Shown one piece after another: positions 35,325 to 45,657 of a stretch of 64,000 nt of DNA. The first letter of the stretch is position 1. Every line of letters starts with the position of its first letter. Location of the stretch: sequence record NC_028925.1. The stretch is one strand, 5' to 3'. The position numbers and the translations under genes are program-made. The notes beneath the pieces are model-generated. The model saw only the letters and a list, made by a program, of their open reading frames with translations. It had not been told where the DNA came from and did no database searches. The DNA comes from Escherichia phage vB_EcoM_VR25.

Positions 35325-35591
35325 TTAGCGAAGTAAACAGTAAGCCTGGAAGACCTTCTCCATAATTGCCTTAAATTCGTGGATGTCAATATAAGGGATA
35401 ACCTCAGCATCACTAATGAATTCCATCAGCCGGTCATGCTCGTTGCGGTATTGACCTTCATTCAACATGCTGATATGAGATTCCCAGGAGCCATACCCTT
35501 CTGCGTGTGGGAAGAATGTTATTTTCATGAATTCATCCACCCAAAACGTTCCCAGGTCCTGGACGGATATCATTGTATGATTGATGTGCAT
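35325..35591 (-). CDS. hypothetical protein, 88 aa
   Basis: ORF in the 55-nrdH small-gene block. Confidence 0.45.
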   Translation of the reverse strand: MHINHTMISVQDLGTFWVDEFMKITFFPHAEGYGSWESHISMLNEGQYRNEHDRLMEFISDAEVIPYIDIHEFKAIMEKVFQAYCLLR

Positions 35592-35857
35592 CAGTGCACC
35601 AATTGGGCAGCTTCTAAAACATCATCAAGCTTATCAAACTGGTCAACATAATCAATCCCACCAACTTCATCTTTGGCATACAACCAATACTGCTTGAATT
35701 CATATTCAATAATAAAGTGGTCGCCTTCAATCTGGAGGACACCAACATCATTAAATTGAACTGCATAACCCGTAAAGCGGATATCATTCAGGAGTTCTTC
35801 TTTCATAGTAATCATTTCCAGGTTTTTCTCATAATGAGAGAGTTTAATTTTAATCAT
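35591..35857 (-). CDS. hypothetical protein, 88 aa
   Basis: TAATG-coupled ORF. Confidence 0.45.
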   Translation of the reverse strand: MIKIKLSHYEKNLEMITMKEELLNDIRFTGYAVQFNDVGVLQIEGDHFIIEYEFKQYWLYAKDEVGGIDYVDQFDKLDDVLEAAQLVH

Positions 35858-36198
35858 TTCGCGCCCTTAACAATTTTCAGGTCAACAAAACCTTTCTTGC
35901 GTTGGGAATTCATGCGCTTGATGGCTTTGTCAGAAACTTCTTTGTTTTCACGTGGGAGCGGCAGACCAAACGCTACTACATCAAATTCATTCAGGATATA
36001 CTGGACAAGGCTTTCACGAATACGTGCTTTACCCATTGTCTGACCTTCTGCAATAATCAGTTTCTGTACATCGCCTTCCCATTGGTCCAGAATCTCAGGA
36101 GTAACGAAACCAGATTTCATCAGAGTGTTGACTTTAGCAAATGCGAAATTAGCGATGGTGTTAGTGATAGATGCAGTCATGATATATTCCTCAGTCAA
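35854..36198 (-). CDS. hypothetical protein, 114 aa
   Basis: ATGA-coupled ORF. Confidence 0.45.
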   Translation of the reverse strand: MTEEYIMTASITNTIANFAFAKVNTLMKSGFVTPEILDQWEGDVQKLIIAEGQTMGKARIRESLVQYILNEFDVVAFGLPLPRENKEVSDKAIKRMNSQRKKGFVDLKIVKGAK

Positions 36199-36247
36199 TT
36201 AAAATTTTATTATCCTTGGGGTCATTATACCATGACCCCGTTGGTTT

Positions 36248-36445
36248 TTATTGCGCTTTAGCCGCTTTCCAGCCTTCATACATCATTGCGGCTGATATTA
36301 ATATTGCTCCTGAGCAACTTGAATACTTGTGATTCCAAAACCATTTTAGAAAAACTTCGTCATCAATACCTTGAGCTATCATATTTTCAAAGAACTGACG
36401 ACGAGATTCGGCAACTCGCTGCGATAATTTAGATTCAGGATTCAT
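36248..36445 (-). CDS. hypothetical protein, 65 aa
   Basis: ORF in the array. Confidence 0.4.
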   Translation of the reverse strand: MNPESKLSQRVAESRRQFFENMIAQGIDDEVFLKWFWNHKYSSCSGAILISAAMMYEGWKAAKAQ

Positions 36446-36584
36446 TTAAATTTTCCAATTGCCATTTTCATCAATGAATTTAATCCAGTCATTTACTGAC
36501 CACTTAGTTGTATCACCTTTTGGAGTAACATTTAAAGTGTATAACCCCTGCTTAAAAAACATTCGTTTGATATTCATATTTTCC

Positions 36585-36878
36585 TCAGCTATAACGGTAA
36601 CATTCATTTGATTTACGCTTTGCAACACGATGAGAAGTATTATAATCAAAATCATCCTCAACGTACACATCTTTTTTCAACTGGCGAACTTCTTTACGAA
36701 GTTGGCGGTTCATTTCATTCTTAACTTCAGAATCAACACCACGCATACGCTTCCATTTGTCTGAACGGAAGATATTTTCTTCAACTTGTTCCTGACTTAC
36801 ACCATCAGGTGCCTGACGACGCCCTGAATAACAAAAATCTTTTACAGACAATTCTTTACGACGAATAGTTTTACCCAT
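36585..36878 (-). CDS. hypothetical basic protein, 97 aa
   Basis: ORF in the array. Confidence 0.4.
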   Translation of the reverse strand: MGKTIRRKELSVKDFCYSGRRQAPDGVSQEQVEENIFRSDKWKRMRGVDSEVKNEMNRQLRKEVRQLKKDVYVEDDFDYNTSHRVAKRKSNECYRYS

Positions 36879-36880
36879 AG

Positions 36881-37135
36881 TTACCTCAGCAGTTTGTATC
36901 CAATAAGATTTTTGATATACTGAATATCTTTGATACCCAAATCCAACTTAAGGTCTTTCAGACGTTCACTCAGGGTCAAAAAGGTTACGTGCTTCCAATT
37001 CTTCACTGGGCAACAATAAGTCTTAGGACCATTTGCAATTTCAATATTCTTATCAGTGACGGTGAGAAAAATTAAGCGTTCATCATCAAGGTTCAGGGTG
37101 ATGACATTTTTCATTGCGTGCAATTTAAGGCTCAT
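36881..37135 (-). CDS. hypothetical protein, 84 aa
   Basis: ORF in the array. Confidence 0.4.
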   Translation of the reverse strand: MSLKLHAMKNVITLNLDDERLIFLTVTDKNIEIANGPKTYCCPVKNWKHVTFLTLSERLKDLKLDLGIKDIQYIKNLIGYKLLR

Positions 37136-37314
37136 AATTTAGGTCCTTTTGCAACTGTATTGAACAAGCTACGGTCACACACCATCAACGGAGCATCAGG
37201 CCATTTCAAAGGACGATACCATACATCTTGGTCAGTCACTTTGGTTACCTGTACAGGATAGCCATTTACCGAATAATACCGGTCAACTTTAATTTCTTTA
37301 TCTTGAACAACCAT
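37132..37314 (-). CDS. hypothetical protein, 60 aa
   Basis: Preceded by a promoter and the conserved leader. Confidence 0.45.
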   Translation of the reverse strand: MVVQDKEIKVDRYYSVNGYPVQVTKVTDQDVWYRPLKWPDAPLMVCDRSLFNTVAKGPKL

Positions 37315-37344
37315 TTTGTTTTCCTCATCAGTAGTTGATGGGAT

Positions 37345-37377
37345 AATGATACATCATTCAAAGGGGCTTGTACACCC
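37345..37377 (-). promoter_or_regulatory. early-type promoter with -35 GTGTACA inside hairpin gggg-cttgtaca-cccc, plus conserved leader
   Basis: Read on the minus strand; leader CCCATCAACTACTGATGAGGA precedes the ATG at 37314. Confidence 0.45.
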
Positions 37378-37381
37378 CTTT

Positions 37382-37699
37382 TTAATCTTCAATTAAGTCC
37401 TGGTCATACCCCAGGGATATCAGTTTTGTTTTAAAGGCAGGAATATTGGTCATTTTTTCATCATTGACAAAAATCACCGGGTAACGAATGTTAAGGGTAG
37501 GATATCCAGCACGCTTAGCCAGAGACACGATTAAAGGCCTGTCATAAGCGATTTCAGAGCCTTGTTTGTTAAGGACTGAATAGAATGTATAAGGAAGGTT
37601 TAAGGAGCCCAGAAGGCTCCTGATGTGCATACAACCAGGGCATCGACCGACTTCTTCGGGGATACCATAGATTTCAATCTTAGTCGAGTTTTGGCCCAC
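37382..37699 (-). CDS. nrdH: glutaredoxin-like protein NrdH, 105 aa
   Basis: Redox motif CPGC near the N-terminus; position upstream of nrdG/nrdD. Confidence 0.65.
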   Translation of the reverse strand: MGQNSTKIEIYGIPEEVGRCPGCMHIRSLLGSLNLPYTFYSVLNKQGSEIAYDRPLIVSLAKRAGYPTLNIRYPVIFVNDEKMTNIPAFKTKLISLGYDQDLIED

Positions 37700-37979
37700 A
37701 GGAAATCACTCCTTGGTAGTTCCAGGTTTTAATAACTTCTTCATCGCTGGCGGTTGCATACGGGACATAAACCTGAATAAGGAAACCTGTGTCATCGAAA
37801 GAGAAATAAACCGTCGGTTTGATTCCATGAATCTCAGATAGAGCATAGATATCTTTAAGGTCTTCTTCTTTATCAGCAAAGAATTTCGGGTCCAAGTCAC
37901 AGTCATGGAAGTACCATTCATCACCGAACTTGTCCCACGCGGTCCAATTAGTAGCTACATATTCTTCAAAACGTTTCAT
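37680..37979 (-). CDS. hypothetical protein, 99 aa
   Basis: ORF in the array. Confidence 0.4.
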   Translation of the reverse strand: MKRFEEYVATNWTAWDKFGDEWYFHDCDLDPKFFADKEEDLKDIYALSEIHGIKPTVYFSFDDTGFLIQVYVPYATASDEEVIKTWNYQGVISCGPKLD

Positions 37980-38215
37980 TCTTTCACCTTCAGCATTTTT
38001 GCAATGGTATTATGAATAGCCTGGATTCTTTTGTTGAATTCAGAGCTTTCGAGGCCAGGATTAGTGCTTAACCAACCGATGATAACAAACAGCAAACCAA
38101 ACGGGATAGCCAGAATAAGCAGACAAACGATGAACAACACAAGCGTTATGTTTGCCAGAATATCTGCTGTAGCATTACGAAATTTATTCATATTTACCCT
38201 TAATTGATTAACCAA
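37976..38215 (-). CDS. small membrane protein, 79 aa
   Basis: Central hydrophobic segment LVLFIVCLLILAIPFGLLFVIIGWL. Confidence 0.45.
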   Translation of the reverse strand: MVNQLRVNMNKFRNATADILANITLVLFIVCLLILAIPFGLLFVIIGWLSTNPGLESSEFNKRIQAIHNTIAKMLKVKE

Positions 38216-38305
38216 GCATTGATAAACACTAAACTATACTGCGAATAAAATTCTGGACCAAAATGAAAAATCATATCATTTATAGTATCCATAATATAAT
38301 TCAAT

Positions 38306-38776
38306 TTAATCATGTTTCCACACCCCATCGGTATTTGACCAAAGTCGCTGATTATCCGACCCTCGCCATAGCTTTTTAGTCGGAAGATTTTTCTCATACT
38401 TCCCATCAATAATAACATCAACATATTTAATCATTTCTAGTTGTTTAATATCTTCAAACTTATATCCTGTCCACAGCCAAATGCTTTTATTGGGATAAAG
38501 ATTTTTAATAGTTTGAACCACAGAGTGAATAACATCTCGGTTATCGGGATAGAGAGGGTCTCCTCCAGTTATAGTTAATCCTTCTATATAATCATTATTC
38601 AAACATTCAATTAATTGTTCTAGTGTTTCACCAGTGAATGGAACGCCATTTCTAGCATTCCATGTTGATTTATTATAACACCCTTCGCATTTATGCAAAC
38701 AACCTGTAACGAAAAGAACGGTCCTGCACCCAGGACCATTAATAAAATCGCAAGGATAAATTCTATCATAATTCAT
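38306..38776 (-). CDS. nrdG: anaerobic ribonucleotide reductase activating protein NrdG (radical SAM), 156 aa
   Basis: CxxxCxxC cluster motif (CLHKCEGC); ATGA-coupled to nrdD. Confidence 0.9.
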   Translation of the reverse strand: MNYDRIYPCDFINGPGCRTVLFVTGCLHKCEGCYNKSTWNARNGVPFTGETLEQLIECLNNDYIEGLTITGGDPLYPDNRDVIHSVVQTIKNLYPNKSIWLWTGYKFEDIKQLEMIKYVDVIIDGKYEKNLPTKKLWRGSDNQRLWSNTDGVWKHD

Positions 38777-40590
38777 TGGTGTTTAACCCTATGCATGATT
38801 TCTTTATTTTTGCCGAGATTAAATCCGCGTTCGTTCGGGTTTCCAAGATAGCCGCATGTTCTTCTTATGGTGTTCATCTTTTTGGGGTCAGTTTCTCCAC
38901 AAATAGAACAAACAAATCCGTTTTCAGTAGGAGTCATTTCATGAGTACTTCCACATGTAAAACATTTATCCACTGGCATATTAACACCAAAATAATCTAA
39001 ATGCTGTGCAGCATAATCCCATACGGTCTCAAGACCTTTTAAATTGTTTTTCATGTCAGGTAATTCAACATAAGAAATGTGACCACCTGTCGCAATGAAA
39101 TGATATGGCGCTTCATGAGAAATCTTTTCAAACGGAGTAATATTTTTTTCTACTGAAACATGGAAACTGTTAGTGTACCATCCTTTATCGGTAACATCTT
39201 TTACACTTCCATATTTTTCTGTATCGAGTTTACAGAATCGATAACACAGGTTTTCAGCAGGAGTGGAGTACAGGCTAAAAGCGAATCCGGTTCTTTCAGT
39301 CCATTGTTTAAGACAAGCATTCATTTTAGTCAAAATTTCTTGTCCAATATCACGACCGACAAGAATATTCAATTCGTGAATACCAATGTATCCTAGGGAC
39401 ACTGAACTTCTACCGTTTTTAAATAACTCAATTATATCATCGTCGGGTTTAAGACGAACCCCGAATGCACCTTCTTGGTAAAGAATAGGGGCAACAGTCG
39501 CTTTAACTCCTTTTAAGGAATTAATTCTACACATCAAAGCTTCAAAACACAAATTCATTCGTTCATTGAATAATTCAACAAATTTCTGTTCATTGAATTG
39601 CGTTCCAATATAAGAATCTAATGCAATACGAGGAAGATTCAGTGTTACAACACCAAGATTATTACGTCCATCAAGAATTTCATTACCAGTCGAATCTTTC
39701 CATACGCTCAAGAAACTACGGCAACCCATTGGAGAAACAGGAACAGATGAGCCGGTGATAGCTTTATTGTTCTTAGCTGAAATAATATCAGGATACATCC
39801 TTTTGCTTGCACACTCTAGAGCAAGCTGCTTGATATCATAGTTCGGGTCGTCTTTATAAAGATTAACACCTTCTTCAACAAACATAACAAGCTTAGGGAA
39901 AATAGGAGTTATTCCATCACGACCAAGACCTTTAATACGATTTTTCAGAATTGCTTTCTGAATCATTCGTTCAGTCCAGTCAGTTCCCGTACCAAATGTA
40001 ATTGTCACAAAAGGGGTCTGTCCGTTTGAACTAAAGAGAGTGTTTACTTCATATTCATAAGCTTGGAATGCATCATATACATCTTTTTCTGTTTTAGATT
40101 GGGCATAATTCAACGCATCAGTGATTTGCCATTTTTCTGCATCCTCAATATGTTTTGCATAGGTGCGTTTAACATAAGGAGAAAATACTTTGTCTACATT
40201 AGCAAAAGTCGTTCCGCCATATTGGTGAGAAGCAACTTGTGCAGTAATTTGTGCCATAATTGCAGTAGCAACACCAATTGATTTAGGAGTTTCAATCTGT
40301 GCATTACCGAGCTTAAATCCGTTTTCAAGCATTCCTTTTAAATCTACTAAACAACAATTAGTAAATGGAAGAGCAGGGGAATAATCAATATCATGGAAAT
40401 GAATAATTCCGCTTTCATGTGCTTTCATAATAAAAGACGCGACCATATTTTTGGCAATGTGTTTAGATACAATACCAGCCATAAGGTCCCGTTGAGTTGG
40501 AAAAACACGAGAATCTTTATTAGCATTCTCGTTTAAAAGGTCTTTATTAGTTTTATGAATCAATCCTTCAATTTCTTTTTCAATTGTCAT
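38773..40590 (-). CDS. nrdD: anaerobic ribonucleoside-triphosphate reductase NrdD, 605 aa, uninterrupted
   Basis: Glycyl-radical C-terminal motif RTCGYLG and Zn-ribbon cysteines; one continuous ORF, no intron. Confidence 0.95.
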   Translation of the reverse strand: MTIEKEIEGLIHKTNKDLLNENANKDSRVFPTQRDLMAGIVSKHIAKNMVASFIMKAHESGIIHFHDIDYSPALPFTNCCLVDLKGMLENGFKLGNAQIETPKSIGVATAIMAQITAQVASHQYGGTTFANVDKVFSPYVKRTYAKHIEDAEKWQITDALNYAQSKTEKDVYDAFQAYEYEVNTLFSSNGQTPFVTITFGTGTDWTERMIQKAILKNRIKGLGRDGITPIFPKLVMFVEEGVNLYKDDPNYDIKQLALECASKRMYPDIISAKNNKAITGSSVPVSPMGCRSFLSVWKDSTGNEILDGRNNLGVVTLNLPRIALDSYIGTQFNEQKFVELFNERMNLCFEALMCRINSLKGVKATVAPILYQEGAFGVRLKPDDDIIELFKNGRSSVSLGYIGIHELNILVGRDIGQEILTKMNACLKQWTERTGFAFSLYSTPAENLCYRFCKLDTEKYGSVKDVTDKGWYTNSFHVSVEKNITPFEKISHEAPYHFIATGGHISYVELPDMKNNLKGLETVWDYAAQHLDYFGVNMPVDKCFTCGSTHEMTPTENGFVCSICGETDPKKMNTIRRTCGYLGNPNERGFNLGKNKEIMHRVKHQ

Positions 40591-41060
40591 TTTAAACTCT
40601 TTCTAAGCTGCTTCTTAAATGAAGCCATTAATTGTGTTTTGGTGTCCGATTCATTATAAGTCATACCGTTCAAAAGCATTTCCTGAATCATTTCTTCTTT
40701 CCCCCGGCGACCAAACTCTTTGGCTTTGTCTGTCACAAAATTGGGGTGAATATTGTTTTCGGTATAATCAGATTTCAGATAGACAAGCAAACTCTCTAAC
40801 CATTCCAGGTAGTCAACATCGCGACCTTTCAGACCCGAGCGGCTGAACTTATGCTTCATTTGTCCTTCTGTTCCATTGCACAGATTGCATAGTAACCCAC
40901 GAACCTTACCGGCTTTTGGCCCATTCAATTCGTGGTCATGGTCAAGATGGTTGGCCTGAACATCGGAGTCCAAATCACGGTGGCAAATTGGACACTTACC
41001 ATTTTGTGCATCATAAAGTTTTTGTTTTTCTTCTTTGTATAATTTTCCAGTCAACAACAT
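40587..41060 (-). CDS. 49: recombination endonuclease VII gp49, 157 aa
   Basis: Sequence matches T4 endo VII by recall (MLLTGKLYKEEKQK..., CPICHRDL ... HDHELNGPKAGKVRGLLCNLCN). Confidence 0.9.
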   Translation of the reverse strand: MLLTGKLYKEEKQKLYDAQNGKCPICHRDLDSDVQANHLDHDHELNGPKAGKVRGLLCNLCNGTEGQMKHKFSRSGLKGRDVDYLEWLESLLVYLKSDYTENNIHPNFVTDKAKEFGRRGKEEMIQEMLLNGMTYNESDTKTQLMASFKKQLRKSLK

Positions 41061-41098
41061 AATATACCCTTACCTGTGTTAGATAAGGGTATTTATTA
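41061..41098 (-). promoter_or_regulatory. hairpin (tacccttA...Taagggta) that includes the gene 49 Shine-Dalgarno, with late-promoter-like AATAAATA
   Basis: Inverted repeat immediately 5' of the gene 49 ATG; the same architecture recurs upstream of e. Confidence 0.5.
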
Positions 41099-41272
41099 AA
41101 TATTATAGAACGAGCGATGTAACCGTTTAAATTGACGAATCATCTTTTTGGTAGGACGAGTATACAATCCCACACAGGTGGCCATAAACCGGTCAGTAGG
41201 ACTTCCTTTGATAAGAAGTTTCCAGACCTTACCACCATTTAACTTTTCGGTATAGACTAATACAGTTTTCAT
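41096..41272 (-). CDS. small basic protein with RPTKKMIRQFKRLHR motif, about 58 aa (hand-called)
   Basis: Third member of the RPTK(R/K)QIR family; TAATG overlap with the upstream gene; coordinates approximate. Confidence 0.4.
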   Translation of the reverse strand: MKTVLVYTEKLNGGKVWKLLIKGSPTDRFMATCVGLYTRPTKKMIRQFKRLHRSFYNI

Positions 41273-41544
41273 TAAACAATCCTAAAACAAGGATAATGAC
41301 ATTCAACGTTACCATTATCAATTATCATATACTCTGTGATACAAGTCCATGACCCTTCAATTTCTATGGTATCAAAAAGGTATTCATCTGTTTCAACAAC
41401 GTCCCAAACATTACATTTAACATCAGGGTCAAAACGTTGTCTTAACGCCTGGATAACATCGCCATTTTTAAATCCTGCGTCTTGAAGCTCTTTCATAAAA
41501 CCTGATTGAGCAGCAGCATGAATATTAACAATTTCTAAAAACAT
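41272..41544 (-). CDS. hypothetical protein, 90 aa
   Basis: ORF in the array. Confidence 0.45.
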   Translation of the reverse strand: MFLEIVNIHAAAQSGFMKELQDAGFKNGDVIQALRQRFDPDVKCNVWDVVETDEYLFDTIEIEGSWTCITEYMIIDNGNVECHYPCFRIV

Positions 41545-41834
41545 TAAAAGACCTCATCAGAAAAGCGAAGTTGAGCTTCAAGCCAATGAATATAATCTGC
41601 TGCGGCAAAAATTAAAGCAGATTCTTCATCGGGTAACTTACGAGAATCCGACAATTCGTAAAGTGAATGTTCAATTAAACGACCTTTATGTCGACCTACT
41701 TCAATTTTGGTACTCATATCCAAACTCCATATCGATTAATTCATTGTTTGAAGGTTCATTATACTCTGTTTCGGAACCATTATAAACAGGTTCCTCTGGC
41801 TCGACAGTTTCCCATCGAGCGGTATACCATGGTT

Positions 41835-42155
41835 TTATAACGTAATCCATTCTCTGATAGTTTGGGTTACGACACGTTCTTGGAGCTCAACCAGTTCAAC
41901 AGTCGGGACCATATGGTCCCAGTCAGTATGATAAGAGCCGGTACGAGTTTCGTTTACAGCCACATGCACATTATGTTTTTTGCTGAAATAAATTGCCTGG
42001 CGATATTGGTATTTGCCATTTTGTGTCCATTCGCCTAATTCAACCGGAACCAAGTAGTCCGAAAATTCAAACTCGTATGATTCGGTAAATGCATCATGGT
42101 CTTCAATGATTTCGCTTAAAACAGCATCAACATCTAATTCATTTTCAATAGTCAT
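41835..42155 (-). CDS. hypothetical acidic protein, 106 aa
   Basis: ORF in the array. Confidence 0.45.
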   Translation of the reverse strand: MTIENELDVDAVLSEIIEDHDAFTESYEFEFSDYLVPVELGEWTQNGKYQYRQAIYFSKKHNVHVAVNETRTGSYHTDWDHMVPTVELVELQERVVTQTIREWITL

Positions 42156-42460
42156 TGGTCACTCCAATAGCTTGATACTTCAAAATCAGGCTCGCCGTCG
42201 TCCCAATACCAAGGACCAACCGGATGCCAATCGCCATGCTTATCTTCTTCGTATTCTTCAGATTCAAGTCCAACGTATTGCCATTGGACTTCATAAGCAG
42301 TGCCACCAATTACGACAGTGTTTTCACCATACGGATTAGCCACAGCAAAGTCAATGCCTTCTTCTTTCGCCAGGGCTACCATGTATTCATAGAGTTTATA
42401 TTCCAGGTCGTCTTCGTTACCATCACCCAGATAAATTGTTTGTCCGCTTAATTCACTCAT
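42152..42460 (-). CDS. hypothetical acidic protein, 102 aa
   Basis: ATGA-coupled ORF. Confidence 0.45.
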   Translation of the reverse strand: MSELSGQTIYLGDGNEDDLEYKLYEYMVALAKEEGIDFAVANPYGENTVVIGGTAYEVQWQYVGLESEEYEEDKHGDWHPVGPWYWDDGEPDFEVSSYWSDQ

Positions 42461-42646
42461 AATTCCACCATAAATTCGTCAATCATTTAAAGTTCCAGAA
42501 TGAAGCACCAACCAGAAATAAAGGCCAACAAATCATTGACGTCAGCCACCAACAAAAATCACCTGCGCCGAAATCATCCAATTTAGCTAGGGTCTTAGCA
42601 TACCCAATACCAATGATAATATACAAAACACCCAACATTAATTCAA

Positions 42647-42910
42647 TCATTTGAAATATTCTCGCAGTTCAGTGAATCCGCCAATATGACTTCCGTCAGG
42701 AGCAAACACTTGTGGCATAGTCAAACCAATTTGAGATTCGCGACCAAGTGCAGCCAGGAGTTGAGCAATCTTCTCATCATCAAACACACCTTTTTCTGGC
42801 ATGACGTTGATGAATTCGTAAGGTTGTTTTTTAACATCCAAAAAACGTTTTGCATTATCGCAGAATACACAGCGATGGATAGATGAATCATAACCATATA
42901 CTTTAAACAT
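42647..42910 (-). CDS. nrdC: thioredoxin/glutaredoxin NrdC, 87 aa
   Basis: Sequence matches T4 NrdC by recall (MFKVYGYDSSIHRCVFCDNAKR ... GLTMPQVFAPDGSHIGGF). Confidence 0.9.
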   Translation of the reverse strand: MFKVYGYDSSIHRCVFCDNAKRFLDVKKQPYEFINVMPEKGVFDDEKIAQLLAALGRESQIGLTMPQVFAPDGSHIGGFTELREYFK

Positions 42911-42911
42911 A

Positions 42912-43169
42912 TTATTCCTTAATTCCTAATACTTGTTTGAAGGTCTCAGTATAATCGGAGTATTGACCGGTTTGTTCTTTATGTTTGTCCATAATATCAT
43001 AAACTTCTGAACGCATATTATTATACGAACGGGTTAAAGCGGATTTCAATACTGAATAACTATCCGGAAATTTACCGTGTTCTTTATAATAGGCCAGAGT
43101 TAATTCACGGACCGCCTTATCAGCAGTCTCAAGATATTCTTTACGCTTTGCCATTTTCTTCTCGCTCAA
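42912..43169 (-). CDS. hypothetical protein, 85 aa
   Basis: ORF in the array. Confidence 0.45.
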   Translation of the reverse strand: MSEKKMAKRKEYLETADKAVRELTLAYYKEHGKFPDSYSVLKSALTRSYNNMRSEVYDIMDKHKEQTGQYSDYTETFKQVLGIKE

Positions 43170-43443
43170 ATCGGTGTTTACAATGTCTGCATTTATATTG
43201 AAGCGGAGAGCTACGCCAATAAGTCAATTGGACCTGTTCAGTTCCACATTCAGGGCAGTTCGGAACGTTTTTAGAAGCTTGTTCACGTCGTTCGACAATT
43301 TTAATAATTTGGTTCCAATCAGGAATATCTTGACTATAATCATCACAACCGTGAATCTTACCAATCAATTCGGCTCCTTTAATAAAGTTCAATAAACCTG
43401 TATTAGATGCTGAAGCAATGTCTTCTCTTAAACGTTGTTTCAT
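43141..43443 (-). CDS. zinc-ribbon protein, 100 aa
   Basis: CPECG ... CRHC four-cysteine motif at the C-terminus. Confidence 0.5.
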   Translation of the reverse strand: MKQRLREDIASASNTGLLNFIKGAELIGKIHGCDDYSQDIPDWNQIIKIVERREQASKNVPNCPECGTEQVQLTYWRSSPLQYKCRHCKHRFEREENGKA

Positions 43444-44432
43444 TTCAGCAGCTCCAGAGCCTGTTCCAGTTTATCCAGACGATTGGTTGATTCTTCCCAA
43501 AGTCGCTTGGCTTTTGTATAATCTTCAGTTGCCTTTTTATTAACAGCAAGAGCTTCATTATACGCTGTTTCCAGGGCAACAATTTCAGGCGCTTTTTGTT
43601 TCACTGGTTCATTATTCAGATTATCAATCAGGTCTTCAAGGGTAGTAACTTCTTGCGGTGCATTCATAATTTCCTCACTTTTCTTTTTATAGATTTCTGC
43701 ATCAGTTGGTTGCTTTGCGCATTTAACTTCGCGTAATGTCACCACAATTTTCCAACCTTTCCAACCATGAGAACTGGTGATAGGGTCAACTTTAATTTTT
43801 TCAACAGTGTGCATATAATTAAGTGCACACTGCAGCTGATGAGTGAGCGTGCATGCAACATCAAGATACTTTTTGATATTTTCAGGTGTAGCCTCTGGAG
43901 TATAGAACTCATGCTTAACTGTAATAATTACCTGATTTTCACCAGAATCTTTAACCTTTACCATGTTCTCAGCCAGATGGTAGATAGTGCGAAAATCACC
44001 GCCCATCAATTTTGTTGCTGATTTTATGATAGACATTTTGTTATTTCTGAATTCACGCGCCCAACTGTTTGCAAATTCAGAAACAGTATAGCCTTGTTTA
44101 TCAAGATAGTATTTTTCAACATCACCAAACCAATGATACCCAATTGTACCTTTACCACGTCTGGATTCAACACCAAACTTATTAAGAAGGTCTTTATTAA
44201 CCAGGTATGCCAGGACTCGGGAACCTTTAAAAGTTTTCTTGATATCAGCATTACCAGCACGACTCGCAATAGTCGCGATGTCTTTCTTAAAACGACCGGA
44301 TGCAACAATCGATGCGTCAATCTGATTTAACCAGAAATTGATAATCGAAAGGATAGCCGATTCACCTATTAATGGTTTTACTTTTGCATCGATAGTGGTG
44401 TTAAAGGCCTGGATATATTCGTTACGTGTCAT
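43440..44432 (-). CDS. hypothetical protein, 330 aa, C-terminal coiled coil ending ALELLK
   Basis: Long ORF; heptad-like C-terminal region. Confidence 0.55.
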   Translation of the reverse strand: MTRNEYIQAFNTTIDAKVKPLIGESAILSIINFWLNQIDASIVASGRFKKDIATIASRAGNADIKKTFKGSRVLAYLVNKDLLNKFGVESRRGKGTIGYHWFGDVEKYYLDKQGYTVSEFANSWAREFRNNKMSIIKSATKLMGGDFRTIYHLAENMVKVKDSGENQVIITVKHEFYTPEATPENIKKYLDVACTLTHQLQCALNYMHTVEKIKVDPITSSHGWKGWKIVVTLREVKCAKQPTDAEIYKKKSEEIMNAPQEVTTLEDLIDNLNNEPVKQKAPEIVALETAYNEALAVNKKATEDYTKAKRLWEESTNRLDKLEQALELLK

Positions 44433-44490
44433 AGTGTTCTCCTCATAAAGTAGGAATTCATTATACTCCCTCCATCCTTGGAAGTAAACA

Positions 44491-45408
44491 TTATTTTAAT
44501 GCTTTGATTGCAGCTTGCAATTTATTGCGTTGCGTTTCCATGTTCTTGATGCGATTCAGGACATCCTGGATACCCTTCTTCTCATCTTCAATCAGACCAT
44601 TTAAGCGGTTGACTGATTCCTTGATAGCATCCGCATGATAGCTCTCAATAGGCTTCATTGTTGGGTTAAAGATTTCAAGAGAGCTGGATGGCTGGACATT
44701 CCATTTGTACATATTTTTAACGTCCAGTGGTGAAATTTTGGTCTGGTCATAAGATTTAAATTGACCTGCAAATGCTGGGCCATATGCCGCAGTAGGGGTA
44801 CGTTCCATTTCTGGTTCCTTTTTCTCTTGATAAGGGGCATAAGACAAAAGATATTCTTTAGTCAATTTAATATCAATTGCTATAGTTTTAAGGAATTTTT
44901 CCGTTTGGTGGATATAATTTGTATCTTCATCAAACGTGTACGATTCAACAGCATGGCGCATATAAAACAGCGCAATACCCATAACCTCTTTAAAGTTATG
45001 ACAAAGAGCAACATCGCCCTTGGTGGTTGGTTTGAACTTAATCTGTACACCATCATTCTTGATATTGATAATCAAGTTATTGGAGTTAAAATTATAGTTC
45101 TTGATGTTAACCGGAGCTTTGCGAATACGAAATCCGCCGGCCAGAATTTCCTTGATACTCTTACGAACCGTGGCACCAAACAAAAACGCTGGGCGGCGGC
45201 AGTAATCATTCAGAGAGTTAATTCTTACAATACGTTGACCATACCCCTGGGTAGCAGAACCTGATTTGATTTTGCCAAAGTTAACCAAAGAATTCATTGC
45301 GATAAGACGAGTCACACGACCGTCATGTGGTTCATAACTACTAGCATATTCAGCGCGAGTTTTAATTTTCATATCATAGTCCAAATAATTTTTCATAAAA
45401 TTTAGCAA
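44491..45408 (-). CDS. hypothetical protein, 305 aa, C-terminal coiled coil ending AIKALK
   Basis: Long ORF; C-terminal end resembles the neighbouring genes. Confidence 0.55.
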   Translation of the reverse strand: MLNFMKNYLDYDMKIKTRAEYASSYEPHDGRVTRLIAMNSLVNFGKIKSGSATQGYGQRIVRINSLNDYCRRPAFLFGATVRKSIKEILAGGFRIRKAPVNIKNYNFNSNNLIINIKNDGVQIKFKPTTKGDVALCHNFKEVMGIALFYMRHAVESYTFDEDTNYIHQTEKFLKTIAIDIKLTKEYLLSYAPYQEKKEPEMERTPTAAYGPAFAGQFKSYDQTKISPLDVKNMYKWNVQPSSSLEIFNPTMKPIESYHADAIKESVNRLNGLIEDEKKGIQDVLNRIKNMETQRNKLQAAIKALK

Positions 45409-45589
45409 TAGGCCAAAACACCATCATAATTGCCCAAACAAACCAAAGCAGAGGCCATACTAGTGTAATGAATACTGCATCATAACTTGACTCAATTTCG
45501 ACTGGATTCCAATCACCAGATTTATGAATGATAATGGTCGTCATGAATCCTAGCATAAAGTAAAGGAGAATAAAACCTACAATTTCCAT
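45374..45589 (-). CDS. small membrane protein, 71 aa
   Basis: Two hydrophobic segments. Confidence 0.45.
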   Translation of the reverse strand: MEIVGFILLYFMLGFMTTIIIHKSGDWNPVEIESSYDAVFITLVWPLLWFVWAIMMVFWPIAKFYEKLFGL

Positions 45590-45657
45590 ATTAACCTACA
45601 ATATTTGAGAATATCAGCCACAGAATACATAACCAAGAACGGCGAGCCATTCCATAA